Part shown: piece after piece, positions 52,512-61,169 of the stretch
Numbering within the stretch: position 1 is the stretch's first letter
Layout: every line of letters starts with the position of its first letter
Source: Candidatus Woesearchaeota archaeon
GTDB taxonomy: Archaea; Nanobdellota; Nanobdellia; Woesearchaeales; JABGUJ01
DNA length: 64,000 nt
Direction: 5' to 3'
Assembly (NCBI GenBank): GCA_018646625.1
Contig: JABGUJ010000003.1
Span: 73,380-137,379 of the forward strand
Translations under genes and position numbers: made by a program
The notes under the pieces: generated by a model
What the model saw: the letters and a program-made list of their open reading frames with translations, nothing else
What the model was told of the DNA's origin: nothing
Databases searched by the model: none

Positions 52512-53327
52512 ATGAGAAAGATATGCATTATCAACCAAAAAGGCGGTGTAGCAAAGACAACTACGACCATAAATCTTGGTGCAGGACTTGCACGTAAAGG
52601 AAAAAAAGTACTTATTCTTGATATAGACCCACAGGGAAGTATCGCAACTTGTCTCGGAACAGAATCATACAAAGACATGTACGATTTACTTGTCGAGAAC
52701 GCAGATTGGCAAGAGTGCATCATGCAAATGGGTGCAAATTTAGATATAATAAAAAGTAAAGAAAGTTTAACCAAAGCAGAAACTATCTTAACTGCAGAAC
52801 CTAGTAGAGAAACATATCTTAGAAGAAAATTAAAAACAGTAAAAGGATATGACTATCTTTTAATTGATTGTCCACCATCATTAGGACTTCTAAATCAAAA
52901 TGCAATTTTATACGCAGACGAAGCAATCATTCCAACATCAACAGATGTTTTAGGATATGAAGGCCTAAAAAAGATTGTAAAAGCAATTGTAAAGATCAGA
53001 GAAGTATTTGATCATGAAATAAAGATAACAAAAATCGTTCCTACTTTATTCGACATGAGAAATAAGATTTGTAAAGAAATCCTTGAAGAAATTAAAACTG
53101 AATTTACAGGAATGGTTTCAGAACCAATAAGAATTTCATCCAAATTCAAGGAAGCTCCAAGAGCACAGAAATCAATTTTCGGCTATGCTCCAAAATCTAG
53201 AGCAGCTACTGATTATATGACTCTAGTTGAAGACGTGATTAGCGATGAAGAAAAAGTCGAAGCATTAAAGGAAAGAGAGCAGAAAGCCTTTAGAGTAGAG
53301 AAAATCGCCCCAGGAATTCACGAGTAG
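52512..53327 (+). CDS. parA: ParA/Soj-family ATPase
   Basis: Deviant Walker A NQKGGVAKTTTT, DIDPQGS and LIDCPPS motifs. TAGGTGAG SD upstream. Confidence 0.85.
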   Translation: MRKICIINQKGGVAKTTTTINLGAGLARKGKKVLILDIDPQGSIATCLGTESYKDMYDLLVENADWQECIMQMGANLDIIKSKESLTKAETILTAEPSRETYLRRKLKTVKGYDYLLIDCPPSLGLLNQNAILYADEAIIPTSTDVLGYEGLKKIVKAIVKIREVFDHEIKITKIVPTLFDMRNKICKEILEEIKTEFTGMVSEPIRISSKFKEAPRAQKSIFGYAPKSRAATDYMTLVEDVISDEEKVEALKEREQKAFRVEKIAPGIHE

Positions 53328-53454
53328 ATAGCTTTATAAATAACCTAGTGGTATTTCCACGTATCAAGAGATAAGTCGGTCAAAAGCTTACTTATGCTGG
53401 AGATAGAAAGTTCTCCTTCTTGACAATTCAATAAACTAAACGAGGTCATACAAA

Positions 53455-53910
53455 ATGGCAAGAGTATATTCAAGAAAGAGGGGTAAATCTGGTTCAAAAA
53501 AACCGGTTGAAAAGAAAACTCCTACATGGATTAGACATACACCTAAAGAAGTTGAAATGTTAGTTGTAAAGATGGCTAAAGCTGAAAACTCACCATCACA
53601 AATCGGACTACATCTAAGAGACGCTTATGGAATTCCTGATGTCAAAACAGTATGCGGGAAGAAAATAACTCAGATTCTCGACGAGAAAGATCTTAGAACA
53701 GAACTACCAGAAGATCTAATATCATTAATTAGAAAAGCAGTTATGGTTAGAAAACACATTGAAAAAAATAAGCAAGACAATACTGCAAAACGTGGACTTA
53801 AGATTACAGAATCAAAAATTCTAAGATTGGTAAGATACTACAAATCAAACGAAAGATTACCAAACACTTGGAAATACGATCCTAAGAAAGCTCAGTTGTT
53901 GCTTGAATAA
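53455..53910 (+). CDS. rps15: ribosomal protein uS15 (archaeal S15/S13e type)
   Basis: MARVYSRKRGKSGSKKP N-terminus, 151 aa. GAGGT SD upstream. Confidence 0.9.
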   Translation: MARVYSRKRGKSGSKKPVEKKTPTWIRHTPKEVEMLVVKMAKAENSPSQIGLHLRDAYGIPDVKTVCGKKITQILDEKDLRTELPEDLISLIRKAVMVRKHIEKNKQDNTAKRGLKITESKILRLVRYYKSNERLPNTWKYDPKKAQLLLE

Positions 53911-53920
53911 GGCAGCATAC

Positions 53921-53936
53921 TTTTTTCTTTTATTTT
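53921..53936 (+). terminator. oligo-T tract after rps15
   Basis: TTTTTTCTTTTATTTT begins 10 nt after the stop. Confidence 0.45.
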
Positions 53937-54204
53937 ATTAAATTTTGATAGAAGTAAAAGTCGTAGGCGCCTAGAGCTTGAATCATAGGGATAAGGGGGG
54001 ATATCAAGGGGATAAGAAATACCACCTCTAAACGCCTTTGTCTCTGAATAGTAATAACTCGCAGAAGTATTTAAATATTTATATTCTGCAGAACAATGAT
54101 GAGCAACTAAAAAGTGCCAAACATGCAGAAATCACGCAAGAGAAGCTAAAACACGCAAATTATTTAAATATCCGGAAATTATTGAGCCACAAAGGGGGTA
54201 ATTG

Positions 54205-56715
54205 ATGTCTTTTCCAAATCAAGACAAGAATACACAGTCTTCTACAGATAGTTTTCTAAAGAATTTTGTAGATAAATCTAATCTAACCCCCGCCATGAGA
54301 CAGTTTTGGAGTGTAAAAGAACAACACCCTGATTGTCTAGTTCTATTCCGAATGGGCGATTTCTATGAAACATTCTACGATGATGCAAAAACTGCAGCGA
54401 GAGAATTAGAGATCACATTAACTTCAAGAGGTCAAGGACCAAGAAAAGCACCACTAGCCGGCATTCCTTATCACGCACTTGAACCATATTTAGCAAAACT
54501 TGTGAAAAAAGGATACAAAGTTGCAATCGTAGAACAACTTGAAGATCCAAAAAAAGCAAAAGGACTTGTAAAAAGAGGAGTAACACGTATTGTAACACCT
54601 GGAACAATAATTGAAAGTGCAATGCTTGATGACAAAGAAAATAATTTCTTAATGTCTCTATACGCAAACGAAGATCAATACGCTATTGCTCTTTGCGATA
54701 TATCAACAGGAGAATTCTACACACTAGAATGCAGCAACACCAACAAACTCCTAACACAACTTGCAAGATTCAATCCCAAAGAATGCATCATCCCTCTAAC
54801 ACTTAAAGTAAATCAAGAACTAATCAGCATGTTAAACAAAACCGACATGTTCATCAACACGTATGACGATAGACATTTTAGAAAAGACAACGCATACATT
54901 CAACTCACCCGACATTTCAACACAATCAATCTAGAAGGGTTTGGGATAGAACAAAATCAATTAAGCATTTGTGCAGCTGGCGGACTTATCAGCTACTTAG
55001 CAGAGACACAAATGACCCGTCTTCAACATGTAAACAAAATCTGCAAAATAACAACCTCAGATAGAATGATTCTAGACAGATCCACCTTAAACAACTTAGA
55101 AATTCTAAAAAACATAAGAGACAACTCACAAAAAGGAACACTAATCTCAGTACTAGACAAAACCAAAACTTCAATGGGCTCAAGATTAATTAAAAAATGG
55201 ATTAAAGAACCGCTAGTCAATCAAGAAGAAATAGAACAAAGACACGGAGCAGTCGAACAATTAACAAAAGAAACCATGGTTCGAAATGAGATAATAGATC
55301 TCCTAAAAGAGGTAAACGACATAGAACGATTGATCTGCAGAGTAAACTTCGGAAATGCATCTCCAAGAGATCTAATATCGCTAAGAAATTCATTAGAACT
55401 TGTTCCAAAGCTAAACAATGAAACCAACAAACTGGATTCAGAGTTGATGAAAGAACTATCTAACACAAAAGAAGAAGAGGCATCCGCAATTCAACGTACG
55501 ATATCTACAATAACTAAAGCCATCAAAGACGATCCTCCAAATTCCATGAAAGATGGAAACGTGATAAAATTAGAATACAACGAAGATTTAGAACAACTAC
55601 ACAACATAAAAAACAATGGTAAAGAATTCATTAAAAGTCTCGAAGAAGCAGAAAAAAGCAAAACGGGAATAAAGAATCTAAAGATCGGCTTCAACAATGT
55701 ATTCGGATATTTCATCGAAGTAAGTAAATCAAATTACCATCTCGTCCCTCAACATTACATAAGAAAACAAACAAGAGTTAACTCTGAAAGGTACATAACA
55801 GAAGAACTCAAAGAACAAGAAAGTTTAATTTTAGGCGCACAAGAGAAGATTCAAACACTAGAACAAGAGATTTTCTTAGAAATAGTAAACCAAATATCAG
55901 AGAATACAGAAACAATACAAAGAACAGCAAACAGAATCGCAATAGTAGATACTTTAGTTTCATTCGCAATAATAGCTCTCGAAAATAGATACTCAAAACC
56001 AGAAATAAGAGAAACTAAACATCTAAACATCATAAATTCAAGGCATCCTGTTATTGAACAAATAGAAGAAAACTTTGTTCCAAATAATTTAAAATTAAAT
56101 GATGGCGAGATGATGATCATTACCGGCCCAAACATGGCAGGCAAATCTACATATATGAGACAAATCGCACTCATAGTACTTATGGCCCAGATTGGAAGCT
56201 TCGTCCCTGCAGAAATCGCAGAAATTGGTATCGTAGATAGAATATTCACAAGAGTTGGAGCTCACGACGATCTATTCACGGGCCAGTCCACATTTATGGT
56301 AGAGATGAACGAAACTGCCAACATCATTAACAACGCCACAGAAAAAAGTTTAGTTATTCTTGATGAAATAGGAAGGGGAACTTCAACTTTTGATGGAGTA
56401 AGCATCGCTTGGAGCGTTGCAGAACACATTCACCAAGACATTAAAGCAAAAACACTCTTTGCAACACACTACCACGTACTAAATCAACTTTCAGATAAAC
56501 ATGATAAGATAAAAAACTACAACATAGCAGTTAAAGAAACAGAAGAAGACATAATTTTCCTAAGACAAATCATGGAAGGCGGCACAGATAAAAGTTACGG
56601 AATTCATGTAGCAAAACTAGCAGGCATGCCTCAAGAAGTTGTTGACAGAGCAAGAAACATACAGAAAAAACTAGAATCAGAAGACAACATGACACACAAA
56701 ATAAACAACCAATAA
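54205..56715 (+). CDS. mutS: DNA mismatch repair protein MutS (bacterial MutS1 type)
   Basis: Mismatch-binding GDFYETF, Walker A GPNMAGKST, DEIGRGTSTFDG and ATHYH motifs. GGGGGT SD before the ATG at 54205. Confidence 0.9.
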   Translation: MSFPNQDKNTQSSTDSFLKNFVDKSNLTPAMRQFWSVKEQHPDCLVLFRMGDFYETFYDDAKTAARELEITLTSRGQGPRKAPLAGIPYHALEPYLAKLVKKGYKVAIVEQLEDPKKAKGLVKRGVTRIVTPGTIIESAMLDDKENNFLMSLYANEDQYAIALCDISTGEFYTLECSNTNKLLTQLARFNPKECIIPLTLKVNQELISMLNKTDMFINTYDDRHFRKDNAYIQLTRHFNTINLEGFGIEQNQLSICAAGGLISYLAETQMTRLQHVNKICKITTSDRMILDRSTLNNLEILKNIRDNSQKGTLISVLDKTKTSMGSRLIKKWIKEPLVNQEEIEQRHGAVEQLTKETMVRNEIIDLLKEVNDIERLICRVNFGNASPRDLISLRNSLELVPKLNNETNKLDSELMKELSNTKEEEASAIQRTISTITKAIKDDPPNSMKDGNVIKLEYNEDLEQLHNIKNNGKEFIKSLEEAEKSKTGIKNLKIGFNNVFGYFIEVSKSNYHLVPQHYIRKQTRVNSERYITEELKEQESLILGAQEKIQTLEQEIFLEIVNQISENTETIQRTANRIAIVDTLVSFAIIALENRYSKPEIRETKHLNIINSRHPVIEQIEENFVPNNLKLNDGEMMIITGPNMAGKSTYMRQIALIVLMAQIGSFVPAEIAEIGIVDRIFTRVGAHDDLFTGQSTFMVEMNETANIINNATEKSLVILDEIGRGTSTFDGVSIAWSVAEHIHQDIKAKTLFATHYHVLNQLSDKHDKIKNYNIAVKETEEDIIFLRQIMEGGTDKSYGIHVAKLAGMPQEVVDRARNIQKKLESEDNMTHKINNQ

Positions 56716-56716
56716 A

Positions 56717-58465
56717 ATGTCAAAGATAAACATACTAGATGAAGCAACAATAAACAAGATCGCAGCAGGAGAAGTAATAGAGCGACCCTCATCTGTTGTA
56801 AAAGAACTAGTAGAAAATTCCTTAGATGCAAACGCAACCCAAATCATAATAGAAATCAAGAAATCAGGCAAAGATTTAATCAAAGTTACGGACAATGGAG
56901 ACGGAATGCCTAAAGAAGATGCACTACTTGCATTCAAACGACATACAACAAGTAAAATTAATCACTCGGACGATTTATTTAACATTAACACACTGGGATT
57001 TAGAGGTGAAGCCTTAGCAAGCATTGCATCAGTATCTCACACCACTTTAATAACAAAAGAAAGAAACTCGGTCGCAGGATTTCATATGGACGTCATCGGC
57101 GGAATAATGAAATACAGCCAAGAACGAGGCTGTCCTTCTGGAACCACCATAGAAGTTAAAGACTTATTCTTCAACACTCCCGCTAGAAAGAAGTTTATGA
57201 AAACAGAGACAAACGAACTCAGACACATCATAGACATCGTCACAAGATATGCATTAATCAACAAAGATACCTCATTCAAATTAACACACAACAACAACAC
57301 AATCATACAATCAGATGGAAACCAAAACTTATTGAACAACATTGCAAGTATATACGGCAACGAAATTGCTCAAGATCTTCTAAAAGTAGACTACAAAGAC
57401 AATAAAATAAAGATCGCAGGTTACATATCCAAACCATCACAAACAAGAACCGACAAATCTCAGCAATCCATTTATATCAACAACAGATATGTAAAAAGCA
57501 CCACAGTAAGTGATGCACTCTATGACGCATATCATTCACTACTATTCGTAAACCGACATCCTGTATGTATACTAAACATCGATATTGATCCAGAACAGAT
57601 TGATGTCAACGTTCACCCTAACAAAAGCATAATCAAATTCGAACAAACTGATGAAATTTACAATTCAGTTCTAGAGGCCGCTAAACAAGTCCTAGAAGAA
57701 AACAATTTAATCGTAGACTCAGACATTAAAACAGAAGAATCACAAATGAAGTTCTCAGAAATGTCTCAAGTACAAGATATGGACTTCTTAGTTAAACCTA
57801 CAAAATACCAATTCGAACCTTCAAAACAAACATTACTTTCAGAAGATAAACAAACAGAGCATAAAGCTGCCAAAGTTATAGAAGCTAGCCGAAAATTCCC
57901 TAGAATGAAATTATTGGGACAAATAAACAAAACATTCTTCGTAGCAGAAACAGATGACGGTATGATGTTAATCGATCAACATGTCGTAGAAGAAAGAGTA
58001 TTATATGAAAAATTCATGGCACAACACATCCAAGGAAGAACTGCAAAACAAGCTCTACTGGATAAAGAGATCATAGAAGTTACGCCAGAAGAAACCACAT
58101 TCTTGAATGCCAGCCTAAGAGATATAGAAGAACTTGGCTTCGAGATTGAACACTTCGGAGACAACACCTTCTTAGTAAGATCAGTCCCAGTAATATTCAA
58201 AAGGATACAAACTAAAGAACTGTTAAAAGATATTATAACCACTACCGGAAAGAGAAACAAAGTAAAAGAAATTAAAGAAGAAATCATAACCAGAATGGCT
58301 TGCAGAGCTTCAATTAAAGCAGGAGACACTGTAAGTATTCAAGAAATGGAAAAGCTAATCAGAGAATTAACAGAGTGCAGACTACCTTATACTTGCCCTC
58401 ACGGCAGACCAATATTCATCAAAATAACTGCAGACGAACTTGAAAAGAAGTTCAAGAGAAAATAA
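56717..58465 (+). CDS. mutL: DNA mismatch repair protein MutL (endonuclease-proficient type)
   Basis: GHKL motifs (ELVENSLDA, DNGDGM, GFRGEAL). C-terminal DQHVVEERVLYE and CPHGRP motifs. Confidence 0.9.
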   Translation: MSKINILDEATINKIAAGEVIERPSSVVKELVENSLDANATQIIIEIKKSGKDLIKVTDNGDGMPKEDALLAFKRHTTSKINHSDDLFNINTLGFRGEALASIASVSHTTLITKERNSVAGFHMDVIGGIMKYSQERGCPSGTTIEVKDLFFNTPARKKFMKTETNELRHIIDIVTRYALINKDTSFKLTHNNNTIIQSDGNQNLLNNIASIYGNEIAQDLLKVDYKDNKIKIAGYISKPSQTRTDKSQQSIYINNRYVKSTTVSDALYDAYHSLLFVNRHPVCILNIDIDPEQIDVNVHPNKSIIKFEQTDEIYNSVLEAAKQVLEENNLIVDSDIKTEESQMKFSEMSQVQDMDFLVKPTKYQFEPSKQTLLSEDKQTEHKAAKVIEASRKFPRMKLLGQINKTFFVAETDDGMMLIDQHVVEERVLYEKFMAQHIQGRTAKQALLDKEIIEVTPEETTFLNASLRDIEELGFEIEHFGDNTFLVRSVPVIFKRIQTKELLKDIITTTGKRNKVKEIKEEIITRMACRASIKAGDTVSIQEMEKLIRELTECRLPYTCPHGRPIFIKITADELEKKFKRK

Positions 58466-59493
58466 TGACATACAAAAAGGTAAAAGAAGGAGAAGCCACA
58501 ATCCTCGCACCAAAAGAAGAGAAAATCTCTGGCGACTTACCTGTCTTCTATAATCCTATAATGAAAACAAACAGAGACATCTCAATTGCACTACTAAATG
58601 CATTAGAAAAAGAAGATCTGGACATAGCTCTTCCGCTCGCAGGCACAGGAATAAGAGCTATAAGGTTTTTCAAAGAATTAAAAAGAGACAACATCAAACA
58701 AATCTGCATAAACGATTGTAATGAAGAAGCAATCAAAGTTATTAATGAAAATTTCAAGCTAAATAGCATAGCAGAAGAGGACATAGAAATTAATCAAACA
58801 GAAGCCAGTTTATTTATGTTAAAACATGCAGGTTTCAACTATATTGATGTTGATCCTTTTGGCTCACCCAACCCGTTCTTAGACGCCTCTTGCAAAAAAC
58901 TAAGCAGAGATGGAATTTTGGCAGTAACCGCCACAGACACTGCACCACTCTCTGGAACATACACCAAAGTTTGCAGAAGAAAATACTGGGCAGAACCAAA
59001 AAAAGACCACATGATGCACGAAACGGGATTAAGAATACTTATTAGAAAAATTCAATTAATTGCAGTCCAATACGAACGAGCGCTCACCCCAATATATTCA
59101 TATTCCGATGAACACTACATGCGAGTATTTTTTAGATGTAAGAAAGGGAAAAAACATTGCGACGAAATACTTTCCCAACACAAAATGTTTAACGATGCAG
59201 GGCCGTTGTGGTTAGGACCATTGTGGGATGAAGATCTGGCAGAAAAGATAATGAATCTAAATCCATGCACACTAACAAAACTAATCAAAGATGAATCAAA
59301 AATTCACTCAATAGGATTCTATAACATCCCAAAGATTTGCAAGAAACATAAAATAGGAGTAGAAAAGAAATTCGATCAGATTATGGAATTAATAAAAGCA
59401 AAAGGGTACCAAGCTTCTAGAACACATTTCGATAAAGAAGGCATAAGAACCAACATGCCTGAAGAAGAACTAGAAAAAGTAGTAATAGGATGA
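58465..59493 (+). CDS. trm1: tRNA (guanine26-N2)-dimethyltransferase Trm1
   Basis: FYNPIMKTNRDISI and AGTGIRAIRF motifs. The ATG overlaps the mutL stop (TAATG). Confidence 0.9.
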   Translation: MTYKKVKEGEATILAPKEEKISGDLPVFYNPIMKTNRDISIALLNALEKEDLDIALPLAGTGIRAIRFFKELKRDNIKQICINDCNEEAIKVINENFKLNSIAEEDIEINQTEASLFMLKHAGFNYIDVDPFGSPNPFLDASCKKLSRDGILAVTATDTAPLSGTYTKVCRRKYWAEPKKDHMMHETGLRILIRKIQLIAVQYERALTPIYSYSDEHYMRVFFRCKKGKKHCDEILSQHKMFNDAGPLWLGPLWDEDLAEKIMNLNPCTLTKLIKDESKIHSIGFYNIPKICKKHKIGVEKKFDQIMELIKAKGYQASRTHFDKEGIRTNMPEEELEKVVIG

Positions 59494-60108
59494 TTAAGAA
59501 AAAAAGATTGTTTTAATACCTGTTACGATCATATCAATACCTACAGCACCCACAATAAAACCATTAAACCTCAACAAGATTTGCATATTCTTATCGTAAG
59601 CAACCTTAAATTTACGTTTACTAATCTGATCCTTAAAAGCTTTAAGCAACATAACAAAAATATGATTAAAAGAGAAGATAATCAAAAAAGATAGAACACC
59701 GATCCAAAAAGGTAACTGATGGCGCATCATAATAGTTAAAGATAAAGTGCCCGCACCAATCATAAAAGGTAATGCAATTTCAGATGCTAAATCATTAAGA
59801 TTTTCTTTCATTTGTATGTAGCCTTTTCTGCCTTTCACAATATTAAAATAAGCAAAAGAAAAAAGAACAATCCCTCCGAGTATTCTCATAGATTCAATAT
59901 CAATCTTTAGAATCTTCTGAAACAAAAAATCACCAAGCAAGAAAAAGATCAAAGTAATCATAAAAGAAATAAGAGTAGCCTTCGCAAGAACAATATTAAA
60001 CTGCCTATTAGACAAGTCCACCATCAAAGGCTCCAAATACAAAAATAATGCAAATGGATTCAAAAGCACCAAGTATGCAATTATTGCGGAAATCATGGCG
60101 ACTGCCAT
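59494..60108 (-). CDS. MarC-family (UPF0056) integral membrane protein
   Basis: Six hydrophobic segments and about 200 aa, with MarC-like sequence. Confidence 0.7.
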   Translation of the reverse strand: MAVAMISAIIAYLVLLNPFALFLYLEPLMVDLSNRQFNIVLAKATLISFMITLIFFLLGDFLFQKILKIDIESMRILGGIVLFSFAYFNIVKGRKGYIQMKENLNDLASEIALPFMIGAGTLSLTIMMRHQLPFWIGVLSFLIIFSFNHIFVMLLKAFKDQISKRKFKVAYDKNMQILLRFNGFIVGAVGIDMIVTGIKTIFFS

Positions 60109-60146
60109 CAAAGCAAGTTATATTTAAGATTAACCAAATCGAGAAA

Positions 60147-60221
60147 TGGGGTTGGGAGGATTCGAACCCCCGACCTCACGGCCCCCAGCCGCAAATCATA
60201 GCCAAGCTAGACCACAACCCC
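60147..60221 (-). tRNA. tRNA-Pro (anticodon GGG)
   Basis: Reverse complement folds with acceptor GGGGUUG/CAACCCC, anticodon loop CUGGGGG and T arm GGGGG-UUCGAAU-CCUCC. Discriminator A. Confidence 0.9.
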
Positions 60222-60266
60222 GTAAACACTACAAGTAGAATAATTATATTTAAAGATAATGCAAAT

Positions 60267-61076
60267 CTATTTCCCAATTCGCTCGTTTCTTAGAAGAGTT
60301 TTGTTAACATCTGCTTTACTAAGATTTCTAGTAAACACGCCTTTGATCTTAGATTTAAATCTCGCATCTGTGAAATTCTCGCCCATCAAAGCAGCCCCTA
60401 ACTTTTTGTACTCAACAGCAAAATCAGCACTAGGAATATGTGCAGAGGCAGGAATACTCTTAGACAAAGCTTCAAGAACTTTAATTTCATCAGGCAAAAC
60501 AGCCAAAACTGGAAGCTCAACCGCCGCCTCAACTTGATCCAAACCAAGTTCATAATTTTTATTTCTAACTTTATTAAGTATTAAACCAGTAATAGGTGTA
60601 CCTCTTTTCTTTGCTATTCTAGTAGCATTCATAGTACAACTAAGAGTAGGATAATCAGGAGTAGTCACAACAAGCAACTCATCAGACGCCATCATTGTAG
60701 CCAACATCTCTTCATTTAATGCAGGAGAAGAATCTAACAATACAACATCATAATCATCCTTCAAAGCAGATAATTTAGATCTCAACTTTAGCGGATCTAT
60801 TTTTTTAGGTATCAAAGAAGAAGGCAAAACATCAAATCCATTATCATGTTTGTGTATCGCAGAACGAATATCAGCCTTTCCAGCCAAAACATGATGCATA
60901 GACTTCTCAGGCTCAACAATTCCTAAGTGCAAACCCAAATTTGGTGCAGAAAAATTAGCATCTACAAGCAGAACTCTCTTACCAAAATCATTAGCAAGCA
61001 CAGAACCTAAGTTAGAAACTGTAGTAGTCTTTCCCACTCCACCTTTTATTGATATTACACCTATGGTTTTAGCCAT
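60267..61076 (-). CDS. MinD/ParA-family P-loop ATPase
   Basis: Deviant Walker A SIKGGVGKTTT, VDANFSAPNLG and LLDSSPAL motifs. GAGGGAG SD before the ATG at 61076. Confidence 0.8.
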   Translation of the reverse strand: MAKTIGVISIKGGVGKTTTVSNLGSVLANDFGKRVLLVDANFSAPNLGLHLGIVEPEKSMHHVLAGKADIRSAIHKHDNGFDVLPSSLIPKKIDPLKLRSKLSALKDDYDVVLLDSSPALNEEMLATMMASDELLVVTTPDYPTLSCTMNATRIAKKRGTPITGLILNKVRNKNYELGLDQVEAAVELPVLAVLPDEIKVLEALSKSIPASAHIPSADFAVEYKKLGAALMGENFTDARFKSKIKGVFTRNLSKADVNKTLLRNERIGK

Positions 61077-61169
61077 AAAACTCCCTCTTTTTTCCAAACC
61101 TATCATAGAACTAGTTCTTCTTATTTAAATACTTTATTATAAAAAGATAAAAAGAAACAAAGAGAGGTA

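Noticed and set aside
54096-54102. C-box-like ATGATGA upstream of mutS (possible C/D box sRNA)
   Set aside because: No CTGA D or D' box lies within the following 90 nt, and there is no terminal stem.
54413-58329. About a dozen 60-130-aa antisense or out-of-frame ORFs inside mutS and mutL
   Set aside because: The A-rich codon bias of the real genes removes stops on the opposite strand. None has a promoter or SD, and all lie fully inside strongly supported genes. The same reasoning applies to track ORFs inside the ligase (41557-42365), the vWA genes (15502-19107), MoxR (13309-13593) and others.
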